From an uncultured delta proteobacterium (lineage in GTDB: Bacteria > Desulfobacterota > Binatia > UBA9968), in NCBI GenBank assembly GCA_963840855.1, contig CAWJBB010000007.1:36559-100558 (forward strand): a DNA stretch of 64,000 nucleotides, read 5' to 3'. The position numbers and the translations under genes are program-made. The notes under the pieces are model-generated. The model was not told the DNA's origin. It saw nothing but the letters and a program-made list of their open reading frames with translations, and made no database searches. This document shows positions 50,065 to 58,790 of the stretch, piece after piece; position 1 is the stretch's first letter; each line of letters begins with the position of its first letter.

Positions 50065-51258
50065 ATGGAAACCAGAGATATCCAGGCTCGCAGTGAAAGT
50101 TGGAATGTCAGATTGATCGGCCATCACGACCTGAACGGCCACGGTGACGGCATGCAGCTGCTCAAGCACGGGCGTTATCTTTATTTGGCCCATCTCGGTA
50201 CCTCGCCGATGGCGCTGAGTATTCTTGACGCCGCCGATCCAGCCGACCCGCGCTTGATCACGCAGATGCCCCACGCGGCCAACACCCACGCGCATAAAGT
50301 GCAGATCGCCGGCGACATTTTGATCCAGAACCAGGAGCGGCCGTACTTCGATAAGTCGGTTCCGGCCAGCGTGCCCAACGAAGCGGGAATCAAAATTTAC
50401 AGCATCGAGAAACCCACCGAGCCACGCGAGATCGGTTATCTCAAGCTTCCCGGCAAAGGCGTGCATCGCATGTGGTTCACCGACGGCAAGTATGCCCATG
50501 TCGGCGCGGCGCTGCCGGGCATCCACGAGCGCGCGTATTTAATCGCGGATATTGCCAATCCCGCGAATCCGAAGGAAGCCGGACGCTGGTGGATCCCCGG
50601 TACGAAAGAAGGCGAAGAAACGCCGCCCGGCTGGGAACCGTTTGCCGGCGAGCACTTTCACGTGCATGGCGCGATTGCCCACGGCGACCGCTCCTACGTC
50701 GCGCTGGTCGATGCCGGCATGGTCATTCTCGATATCTCCGAAATCAGCAAGCCGAAAATCATCAGCCACATCGATTGGAGCCCGCCCTTTGGCGGCTACG
50801 CGCACACGACGTTGCCGCTACCCGGCAGAAAATTGGTCGTGGCCGTCGACGAATCGGTGAAATACGACTGCAACGAGGGCGAGAAGCGCGTCTGGATCAT
50901 CGATATTCGCGAAGAAAAAAATCCCGTCATCGTCAGCACTTGCCCCGTGCCGCAAGGCGATTTCTGCAAACGCGGGCTGCGCTTCGGGCCGCACAACGTG
51001 CATGAGAACCGTCCTGGCTCGTTTCAGAGCGAGAACATTCTTTTCGTGACTTATTACAATGCGGGGCTGCGGGTCTTCGACATTCGCAACCAGTTTCGCC
51101 CCGACGAAGTGGGCTACTTCATTCCGCCGCCGCCCGACGGGCAGAAAGCGCCGATGTTCAACGATCTCTACGTCGATACCGACGGATTGATCTACGTGAC
51201 GGATCGGATCAAAGGCGGGTTATATGTACTGGAGTACACCGGACCGAAGATTCAGTGA
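50065..51258 (+). CDS. LVIVD-repeat beta-propeller protein
   Basis: Repeated ILD/IAD/VILDIS-x-P-x-x-P units; THAHKV, GVHR, AHTTLP, FGPHN. Confidence 0.88.
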   Translation: METRDIQARSESWNVRLIGHHDLNGHGDGMQLLKHGRYLYLAHLGTSPMALSILDAADPADPRLITQMPHAANTHAHKVQIAGDILIQNQERPYFDKSVPASVPNEAGIKIYSIEKPTEPREIGYLKLPGKGVHRMWFTDGKYAHVGAALPGIHERAYLIADIANPANPKEAGRWWIPGTKEGEETPPGWEPFAGEHFHVHGAIAHGDRSYVALVDAGMVILDISEISKPKIISHIDWSPPFGGYAHTTLPLPGRKLVVAVDESVKYDCNEGEKRVWIIDIREEKNPVIVSTCPVPQGDFCKRGLRFGPHNVHENRPGSFQSENILFVTYYNAGLRVFDIRNQFRPDEVGYFIPPPPDGQKAPMFNDLYVDTDGLIYVTDRIKGGLYVLEYTGPKIQ

Positions 51259-51267
51259 AGATCTTAC

Positions 51268-51352
51268 TTAACCGCAAAGAACGTGGTTCGACTTGGCTTA
51301 TGGTGGGACTTTCGCTCACCATCCTGAGCCCTTGTCGAAGGACTACCCTGAG
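51268..51352. repeat. Nested REP elements (GGTTCGAC..GCTCACC/CCTGAG..TCGAAGG) forming the IS target
   Basis: gtggttcgacttggct..gctcaccatcctgagcccttgtcgaaggactaccctgag; the motif continues after the IS as tctatcgaaggg. Confidence 0.75.
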
Positions 51353-51443
51353 ACCTGTATGATGGATGTTAGGTGTAACCACAAGTCCTCTTTAGCGAGT
51401 ATAGTGATTCATCAAATCGCCATTGAGCGAAGGAGGACATCAG

Positions 51444-52520
51444 ATGAACAGCAAAGCGTTTATTCCCCGCGACTACGACGTGTTTGCGGGACTGGATGTG
51501 GGCAAGAAAAGTATCTCGGTGACCTTTACCAATCAGCAAGGGTTTATCCGCTCCTTGCGCGTGCCGTATAGCGCGGAGCATCTTGTGAACCACGTGCGTA
51601 AACATTTTCCCGATCAGAAAGTGGCCTTTGCCTACGAGGCGGGACCGACGGGCTACGGCTTGTACGATGGGATTGTGGCTCAAGATTACCCGTGCCTGAT
51701 CGCTTCGCCATCGATGATCCCCAAAGCGCCCGGACAAAGAGTGAAGACCAATCGGCTCGACAGTCGAGGCATTTCGGAGAATCTTCGTGGCGGACAGCTC
51801 AAGAGCATTCATGTCCCCGCTGTCCTGTACCGTGAGCTGCGCCATTTGACTCAGCTGCGCGACACCTTTGTCAGCGCGATGGTGGCGATGAAGCAGCGCA
51901 TCAAGTCGCTGTTGCTTATGGAAGGGCTGGAGTTTCCCCCGGCCCCCGCCGGTAGTCAGTGGTCGTTCATGGTGAAGGCTAAACTGAGAAAGCTTCCCTG
52001 TTCTTCGACCGTGCGTTTTGAGCTTGATCAGTTGCTTGACAGTCTGGAGTTCAACGAGAAGCAGATCGTTAAGACAACCCAACAGATCCGCCGCTTGTGT
52101 CAGAACGATGCCGAATTGTCCCAGTGTATAAAGTACGTGATGAGCGTGTCCGGGATTGGCCAGATTGTGGCCAGTCAGCTTTTGGCTAGGATCGGCGATT
52201 GGCGTGAGCTGAGAAACGTGCGCCAACTGGGAGCCTTTCTCGGCTTGGTCCCTACCGAGAACTCCACCGGAGAGCGAACCGATCGAGGATCGATCACTCA
52301 CAGCGGAGACCCGCGGCTGAGAAGCAAACTCATCCAAGCCGCCTGGTCGGCGATCCGAAAAGACGGTGAGCTGAGGGAATTTTTCCGGGCGGTGTGCCAG
52401 AGCCATGCGCGCCCGGTGGCGTCGCGGGTGGCCATTGTGGCGGTGGCCAGAAAACTCACGGTACTGATTTCGGTGGTCTTGATGGAACAAAGACCCTATG
52501 TAGTGAGGAAAAAAGTTTAA
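51444..52520 (+). CDS. IS110-family recombinase/transposase (358 aa)
   Basis: GLDVG, YEAGPTG, KTNRLD, SVSGIG, FLGLVPTENSTG, AIVAVARKL; RBS AGGAGG. Confidence 0.95.
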   Translation: MNSKAFIPRDYDVFAGLDVGKKSISVTFTNQQGFIRSLRVPYSAEHLVNHVRKHFPDQKVAFAYEAGPTGYGLYDGIVAQDYPCLIASPSMIPKAPGQRVKTNRLDSRGISENLRGGQLKSIHVPAVLYRELRHLTQLRDTFVSAMVAMKQRIKSLLLMEGLEFPPAPAGSQWSFMVKAKLRKLPCSSTVRFELDQLLDSLEFNEKQIVKTTQQIRRLCQNDAELSQCIKYVMSVSGIGQIVASQLLARIGDWRELRNVRQLGAFLGLVPTENSTGERTDRGSITHSGDPRLRSKLIQAAWSAIRKDGELREFFRAVCQSHARPVASRVAIVAVARKLTVLISVVLMEQRPYVVRKKV

Positions 52521-52712
52521 TCGGCTCCTTTGACCCAAGAGGAGACCGTGCCCCAGGGAACGCCTCGACGATAGACAGAACCGGGAGAGACAAACTCCTG
52601 ACGGTTCGATCCATGAGATAGAGAGCCCGGGGCCGAGTGCCTTAGAGAGGGGCGCATGCCAAGTCAGTGTGACGGCCATGGTGCCGTGCCACGTATAGCA
52701 GTCAGTCTCTCT
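52521..52712 (+). ncRNA. Putative bridge/seek RNA with target- and donor-binding loops
   Basis: CGATAGAC and CCATGAG match the target; CAAGTC and ATAGCAG match the circle junction; each pair flanks a hairpin. Confidence 0.75.
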
Positions 52713-52863
52713 TGGGTGGGGAAGGAAAAGAGTCATAAGAAAATAAGAGGGCGGTGCCGTGACTTGACATCCACATAGCAGTCTATCGAAGGGCAAAGGG
52801 CGCAGGAAGAAGTTAAATTAACCACAAACGGTGCAAAACACTCGCGCGCTGCTGCCTTCGAGC

Positions 52864-54288
52864 TCACTTGTCCGGCTTTGGGAGCTGTTTTTGGTAGGAT
52901 TTCTTGTCCAGACCGTGGAAGCGCATTTTCCGGTGCAGCGAGCGCACGTCGATGCCGCACTGCTTTGCGGTGGAGTCAATGCGGCCGCCGCATTCGTTCA
53001 ACTTCGCAACCAGGTAGTTCTTTTCTTGCTCTTTAATCCAGACCGGCAGGGGCAAATCCCATGACGCTCGCTCGCAGGTCATCGCCATCGGCAGTTCGAG
53101 GTCGCTTAGATCAACGTTTTCGATGACGCGGCTTTTCGCCAGCACCATCGCCTTTTCCAAGACGTTTTGCAGCTCGCGCACGTTGCCGGGCCAGTGATAG
53201 CGCATGAGTTGGGCCAATGCCCTCGGCGCGATGTTAGCTATCTGCTTTTCGCTGGCGAGGCGGTGGTGGCGCAGGAAATCCTGGACCAGGATCGGGATAT
53301 CTTCAAGACGCTGGCGCAAGGGAATCAAAAAAATGGGCACCACGCTGATGCGGTAGTAGAAGTCACGGCGCATTCTCCCCTCGTTGACGAGTGTTTTTAG
53401 GGGCACGTTCGTTGCGGCGATGATGCGCATGTCGATCTGAACCCACTGATTTGAGCCGAGCCGCTGAACTCGTTGGTCGTTGAGAGCCAAGAGCAATTTT
53501 GCCTGCATCGTTAACGGCATATTCTCGATCTCGTTAAAAAAAAGGGTGCCGTCGTGGGCCTGTTCGATCTTGCCGGGCCTTGCGTTGTCCGCGCCGGTGA
53601 ATGAGCCGCGCTCGAAACCAAAGAGCTCGCTTTCAAGAAGAGTCTCCGGCAATCCGCCGCAATTGATGGTCACGAACGGTCCGCGCCCGCGCGCGCTGTG
53701 ATGATGGATAGCGCTGGCCACCAGCTCCTTGCCCGTACCGGTCTCGCCTTCTATGACCACGGTACTGTTCGTTGGCGCCACCATACGAATGATTTCGAAG
53801 ACCCGATGCATTTCTTCGGTCTGGCTGAGCATGCCGCCGAACTCAAGACCGTTCTTGAGTTGGCGCCGCAGATGGCGAATTTCCGTAAATAGGCTGGCTC
53901 TTTCCAGTACCGCCTGTGTGGACTCCTGGATGGCGGATGCGCTGAAGGGCTTGATGATATAGTCGCCGGCGCCGATTTTCAGGACCCGCACGGCGTCGTC
54001 GATTTCCGCGTACCCGGTCATAACGATCACGGCGACGCTACTCCAACGCTCGACGATCCGCTTGGTCAACTCGATGCCGCTCAAGCCCGGGAGCTGGACG
54101 TCAGTAACGACCAGGTCGATGTCCTCTTTTTCGAGCATCTGCAGCGCGTTCTCCGCGAAATGCGTAACGCTGACCTGGTAACCGCCGTGCTGGTAAAGGC
54201 GCTCCAGTTGCTGGCAGATGAGATTGTCATCGTCAACAACTAGAATATGCGGCGTAACCGCAGCGGATTCGCTTCTCTCCAAGCTCAT
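52864..54288 (-). CDS. Sigma54-dependent response regulator (NtrC/AtoC-like; Walker B reads NE)
   Basis: REC domain, GETGTGKE, ESELFG..GSFTGA, TLFFNEI, WPGNVRELQN, Fis-type HTH. Confidence 0.92.
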   Translation of the reverse strand: MSLERSESAAVTPHILVVDDDNLICQQLERLYQHGGYQVSVTHFAENALQMLEKEDIDLVVTDVQLPGLSGIELTKRIVERWSSVAVIVMTGYAEIDDAVRVLKIGAGDYIIKPFSASAIQESTQAVLERASLFTEIRHLRRQLKNGLEFGGMLSQTEEMHRVFEIIRMVAPTNSTVVIEGETGTGKELVASAIHHHSARGRGPFVTINCGGLPETLLESELFGFERGSFTGADNARPGKIEQAHDGTLFFNEIENMPLTMQAKLLLALNDQRVQRLGSNQWVQIDMRIIAATNVPLKTLVNEGRMRRDFYYRISVVPIFLIPLRQRLEDIPILVQDFLRHHRLASEKQIANIAPRALAQLMRYHWPGNVRELQNVLEKAMVLAKSRVIENVDLSDLELPMAMTCERASWDLPLPVWIKEQEKNYLVAKLNECGGRIDSTAKQCGIDVRSLHRKMRFHGLDKKSYQKQLPKPDK

Positions 54289-54358
54289 TTCGATGGCTAC
54301 TGCGCCTGCTCCGTGATTCCCGCCAGGCGGCGCGCTTGCGGCGGCAAAATCTGGTTCC

Positions 54359-55051
54359 CTACTGAGGCGAGGCTAGCATGCGAAGAGTTATCGCGCATTG
54401 ACCAACGCTATCTCTGCGAAATGAAATTTCTCCGTGGTGGCGGCGCAAGACTTCCAAAGCACGTTTCGCTCCGTGGCCGGTTGGGACATGAGCGGAAGGT
54501 TCGCCAAACAATTCTTTGTCGATGTCGATGGGCGCGGGGGCTAACATCGTCAAAATGATCTCCACACGAAATTGGCCGGGGCTTTTCTGGCGTCCGGCCG
54601 TGATCCGCATTTCGCCTCCCTGTGGCATGAGATTCTCGCAGAAATCTAAAACCCTTTCCAATACCCGCGCCAGGAGTTTTCTGTGCACCGCGACCAGCGG
54701 CAGGGATTCCGGCGGAATCCAGCTGACATGAACACGGCGGCCGCGCTGGCCAATTTGTAGATTCGCAACGACGCTTTGCAAAACCGCCGCCGGGTCGCAG
54801 GTGGCGGAGGGTTCCTGTACGGAGCTGATATAACCACGCAGGTCTCGGACGCTATTTTCCAACAGCTTTACCATCTCGGCGGTTTTCGCGGCGTCGGCGC
54901 TCTTTCCCAGACCCATACCTACGAGTTCGAGTTCCATGCCGACCCGGTGAATGCTGTTCTGGACGTCATGAAACAAGTCGTCGATGATATCGTCCATTTT
55001 GATTTTCGCGCCGTCAAGGGAACGGGGCGTGTTGAGGTCGGGAATCTCCAT
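54359..55051 (-). CDS. Degenerate histidine kinase-like protein
   Basis: H-box-like LFHDVQNSI; HATPase-like remnants MPQGGEMRI, GHG, HHGEISF lacking N and G1 boxes. Confidence 0.6.
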   Translation of the reverse strand: MEIPDLNTPRSLDGAKIKMDDIIDDLFHDVQNSIHRVGMELELVGMGLGKSADAAKTAEMVKLLENSVRDLRGYISSVQEPSATCDPAAVLQSVVANLQIGQRGRRVHVSWIPPESLPLVAVHRKLLARVLERVLDFCENLMPQGGEMRITAGRQKSPGQFRVEIILTMLAPAPIDIDKELFGEPSAHVPTGHGAKRALEVLRRHHGEISFRRDSVGQCAITLRMLASPQ

Positions 55052-55087
55052 GTAGGTTCTGATGACTTTCCGATAACGAGATAAATT

Positions 55088-55855
55088 TCAGAATGCGTCC
55101 TTCAACCTGCGCACGCTGGCGAATACCGACACCGGGTCCATGCGTTGGCCCGGCACCGCGGCTTTGACGGTCGCTTGAATTTCTCCGCTGTTCCAACGCA
55201 AGAAGGGATTGGTCTGCTTCTCTTCTTCCAGCGTCGCAGGAACCGTCGGGACGCCGCGGGCGCGCTGCGCCTGAACGCGCTCGTAGCGCGAAACAACTTT
55301 AGGGTTTTTAGGCTCCACGGTTAGCGCAAAGCGCAGGTTGCTCTCCGTGTACTCGTGACCGCAATAAATTTTGGTATCCTCGCGCAGGGCCATGATCTTG
55401 CTAAGCGAGGCGTGCATCTGTTCCGGCGTCCCCTCGAAGAGCCGGCCGCAACCGGCGGTGAAAAGTGTGTCGCCGCAAAACAGCGCGTCGCCGAATAGAT
55501 AAGCAACATGGCCGGTCGTATGGCCAGGGATAAAAAGAACTTCGCCTTTCAGCTCGCCGATGCGGATTTCGTCTCCTTGGTCTACGCCATGTGTCAAGCC
55601 GGGAATCCGGTTACCATCGCTTTTATGGCCGTAGACATCCATCCGCCGCGCGGCTAGTAGCTTCTCATTGCCGCCGGTATGGTCGCGGTGGTGATGGGTG
55701 TTCAAGATCGCTCTGAGATCAGCTTTTTCCTGTTCCATTTTGCGCAATACGGGCTCGGCCTCCGACGGATCAACGATGGCTGCCTGATTGGTTTTTTCGC
55801 AGACCAAAAGGTAACCGTAGTTGTCGCGCAACAACGGAATTTGATGGATTTTCAT
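55088..55855 (-). CDS. gloB: Hydroxyacylglutathione hydrolase (glyoxalase II)
   Basis: DNYGYL, THHHRDHTGG, PGHT.GH, GDTLF..GCGRLFEG, CGHEYT, TNPFLR. Confidence 0.96.
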   Translation of the reverse strand: MKIHQIPLLRDNYGYLLVCEKTNQAAIVDPSEAEPVLRKMEQEKADLRAILNTHHHRDHTGGNEKLLAARRMDVYGHKSDGNRIPGLTHGVDQGDEIRIGELKGEVLFIPGHTTGHVAYLFGDALFCGDTLFTAGCGRLFEGTPEQMHASLSKIMALREDTKIYCGHEYTESNLRFALTVEPKNPKVVSRYERVQAQRARGVPTVPATLEEEKQTNPFLRWNSGEIQATVKAAVPGQRMDPVSVFASVRRLKDAF

Positions 55856-56031
55856 GACATTGACTGTCCTGGTTTATGAAGTATTTTCGCCCAGCGCCGA
55901 TTCTAGTCACAGGTCGCGGTGATTTCAAACCAAAACCATTTTTGGCCTGTGCGTGGCTGCCGCAGAAATCAGCCTCATTACCGGGCATCCGGTGGCCCGC
56001 GATGATAAAACTCTAGAAAATTCGGTAGGTT

Positions 56032-56226
56032 ATGCTGACGCGGGATGAAGTCATACAACTGATTCTATATCTTATCGTGGCCACGGCGCTGTTGCTCGCA
56101 AGCCGGGGGCGCGCGGAGACGGTCCATCTCGGTGGCGCCCGGCAAACAGTGCCCACAATGGAACTTTCGCAGTTCGAGCTGTGCTCGAAATCACAGACTT
56201 TAACGGAAATTCCATTGATCGGATAA
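56032..56226 (+). CDS. Possible small secreted/membrane protein
   Basis: 64-aa ORF with hydrophobic N-terminus, in an intergenic region. Confidence 0.35.
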   Translation: MLTRDEVIQLILYLIVATALLLASRGRAETVHLGGARQTVPTMELSQFELCSKSQTLTEIPLIG

Positions 56227-56383
56227 AGCTCCACCCGATTCTTTGACCGAAGGGTGCCACGCGCAGAAATGCGTTCATGGCTTAAGAACCCTGGATTGGC
56301 CCCGATTTAGTCTGCACTGGAATTGCCGGGTTCCGGCAATGACTATGCATCGGTGACCGCTGGAATCAAGGAGAAACAGGCTC

Positions 56384-56908
56384 ATGAATGGCAACGTCTT
56401 AAAGCCCATCGAGATATTGTTGGTCGAGGACAACATCGGCGACATTCGGCTCACGGAAGAGGCGCTCAAGGAAAGCAATCTGATCGTCAATCTCCACGTC
56501 GCCCGCGACGGCATGGAGGCGATGGAGTTTCTGCTCGGCGAGGGCGGTCACGACAATGCACCGACTCCCGATCTGATCTTGCTCGATCTCAATCTACCCC
56601 GCAAAGATGGCCGAGAAGTGCTACAAGAGATCAAGAACGACGCCGACTTAAAGCGCATTCCGGTAGTTGTGTTGACGACATCGGAGGCCGAGTCGGATAT
56701 CATCACTACTTACGGTTTCCATGCCAACTGTTACATCAACAAACCGGTGGACATGGACCAGTTTATCAAGATCGTTCAAATGCTTGAAGAATTCTGGTTC
56801 ACCATCGTCAAATTGCCGCCCCGGGGAATCAACAGCTGCGCCGCTCAGACTTCGCCTAGCCGCTCAAACGCCGCGGAAAAAATGCCAGCCGCTCACGAAA
56901 AGATTTAA
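56384..56908 (+). CDS. Single-domain response regulator (Rcp1-like)
   Basis: ILLVEDN.GD, PDLILLDLNLP..DG, IPVVVLTTS, ANCYINKP. Confidence 0.92.
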   Translation: MNGNVLKPIEILLVEDNIGDIRLTEEALKESNLIVNLHVARDGMEAMEFLLGEGGHDNAPTPDLILLDLNLPRKDGREVLQEIKNDADLKRIPVVVLTTSEAESDIITTYGFHANCYINKPVDMDQFIKIVQMLEEFWFTIVKLPPRGINSCAAQTSPSRSNAAEKMPAAHEKI

Positions 56909-56979
56909 CCACAGAAAGCCCAAAGGTCACCTCGCAGTAAACCGCCGGCGGCGGGTTCAAGCAGTTCAAATCTTCACAG

Positions 56980-57018
56980 AAGGGGACAGTCCCCCTTCGG
57001 AATGGGGACTGTCCCCTT
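56980..57018. repeat. REP-like hairpin AAGGGGACAGTCCCC..GGGGACTGTCCCCTT between convergent genes
   Basis: 15-bp perfect inverted repeat. Confidence 0.85.
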
Positions 57019-57077
57019 ACCTGCACCGAAAATCGTTTTGAACGCCTTGATCGATAGGAACGATTTGAGCCTTCTCG

Positions 57078-58790
57078 TTAGCGAGTGCCGCTCAAACGGG
57101 GACCGCTGGGTTGTTCGGGTCGAGAAGACACTAGATTAAATTTTGCCTGCAGATCCTGGCTGTTTGAATCTTGAATGGTCACGAACCCGGCGGGGATAAA
57201 CGGGATAGTCACGGTGAAGGTCGAGCCTTTGCCGGCCTGGCTTTCCACCGTCACGTCGCCACCCAATACGGTTGCAAATCTCTTCACCAGATAGAGCCCG
57301 ATGCCGACGCCGCCGTGGAGCCGCGTCGAGGTGGCATCCAACTGGCAAAATTTTTCAAAGATCAGCGCCAACGACTCAGCCGGCATACCAACGCCCGTAT
57401 CCGACACCGCTAATTCGAGCCAGCGGTTGTGATTCCCTGCCTTCGATAAGTGCGCGCTACCCTCTACCAGGCGCGCGGAGACTATAATCGATCCCGCTTC
57501 CGTAAACTTGATGGCGTTGTTGATCAGGTTTTCCAATATGTGGCGCAGCTTATCGCGGTCAAGCCTGGCCAGCGGGAGATGGGTGGCGTGGTTCCAGCGC
57601 AACTCGACATTCTTGTTGGAGAACGAGATCGCGTAGTCGGATTTGAGATTTTCGAGAAATTCCCTCAAGTCCACCTCTTCGAGACTTGCGACCAACTGTT
57701 CGGTTTCCATGCGCGTGGCATGCAGGATACCGTTGACCAATGTCAACTGGTTCTTCGCCTGGGTCATGAGCCGGTCCAGGATGTCCGCCTGTTCCGAATT
57801 GATTTCGCCGACAATGCCGGTGCGCACGATTTCAGCGCAGTTCATGACGATGTTGAGCGGGGTTCTCAGCTCATGGGACATGATGCTCAAAAAATCGTCC
57901 TTCACTTTATTAGACCGGCGCAAATCTTCGGCCAGCGCCACGGTGCCGGCGTAAAGCTCTGCGTTATGGATGGCGACGGCTACCTGGGCGGCTAGCGCGC
58001 TCAAGAAGTCCAATTCTTCGGCGCTGAATTCTCGCTCCTTTTTCGAAAAAAAACACAGATAACCCCAGATGCGCTCCTTCAACTTAAGGGGGAAGGCCGC
58101 GACCGCGTCCCACGCCCCCGTTCCGACGCCGTTGGTGGAGGGCGCCAGCACGATGGGCATGTCCATTCGAGCCGCGTCGCTGAGCCCGTTCCAATCATAC
58201 GTCTGGAGGTCTTTTTCATGCATCCGGTTCAGGGCCACGGACTCCAACGCGCCGTTGTCGGGATTGATTTTCTGGACGCACGCGGCGGAGAAAGGGAACA
58301 GCGCGCCGGTCTTGTCGAGTAGGGCAGTAAAAATTTCGTGGATGTCGAGAGTAGAGGTGATCGCCTGGTCAATTTCTCTGAGCGCGCGAGTGCGCTCGAG
58401 GAGCTCTTTGCGCTGGATCGCATAACGGATAGCGCGGGCGATGAAGTCCCCGTCGTGAGAGCCTTTTACCAGATAATCCTGGGCGCCAGCGGAAAGGGCA
58501 TTGAGCGCCATTTGCTCATCTTTGAGTCCGGTGAGCACCAAGACCGGGATGCTCGGCGCGACGTCGAGCAAGCGCCGGAGCACGCCAAAACCCTGGCCGT
58601 CGGGCAACGACAAGTCGAGTAGGATCGCCTCGAAATGTTCGCTGTTCAGCCGCTCCAAGGCGCTGCTCACCAGGTCGGCATGCACCAGTTCGAAGGGCTG
58701 GCCGGGGACGTCTTTGAGAACCTCTGCCAGCAAGCGGGCGTCGCCCTGGTTGTCCTCGATCAGAAGTACGCGCCCGGTTTTGTCCTTCAT
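57078..58790 (-). CDS. REC-GAF-histidine kinase
   Basis: LLIEDN..LLDLSLPD; GAF; SHELRTPL; NLINNAIKF; DTGVG; GVGIGL; GKGSTF. Confidence 0.93.
   Translation of the reverse strand: MKDKTGRVLLIEDNQGDARLLAEVLKDVPGQPFELVHADLVSSALERLNSEHFEAILLDLSLPDGQGFGVLRRLLDVAPSIPVLVLTGLKDEQMALNALSAGAQDYLVKGSHDGDFIARAIRYAIQRKELLERTRALREIDQAITSTLDIHEIFTALLDKTGALFPFSAACVQKINPDNGALESVALNRMHEKDLQTYDWNGLSDAARMDMPIVLAPSTNGVGTGAWDAVAAFPLKLKERIWGYLCFFSKKEREFSAEELDFLSALAAQVAVAIHNAELYAGTVALAEDLRRSNKVKDDFLSIMSHELRTPLNIVMNCAEIVRTGIVGEINSEQADILDRLMTQAKNQLTLVNGILHATRMETEQLVASLEEVDLREFLENLKSDYAISFSNKNVELRWNHATHLPLARLDRDKLRHILENLINNAIKFTEAGSIIVSARLVEGSAHLSKAGNHNRWLELAVSDTGVGMPAESLALIFEKFCQLDATSTRLHGGVGIGLYLVKRFATVLGGDVTVESQAGKGSTFTVTIPFIPAGFVTIQDSNSQDLQAKFNLVSSRPEQPSGPRLSGTR

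Larger units (their letters stand above)
51351..52781 (+). mobile_element. IS110-family (IS1111-type) insertion sequence, AG core at both ends
   Basis: Subterminal IRs TGGATGTTAGGT (51363-74) / ACTTGACATCCA (52762-73), 10/12 match; empty site CTACCCTG-AG-TCTATCGAAGGG restores a REP; long 3' non-coding region. Confidence 0.9.

Noticed and set aside
51369-52796. 475-aa antisense ORF spanning the IS
   Set aside because: Shadow of the transposase strand; no recognisable motifs
56311-56327. Sigma54-like site CTGCAC-N5-TTGC
   Set aside because: Lacks the invariant GG at -24
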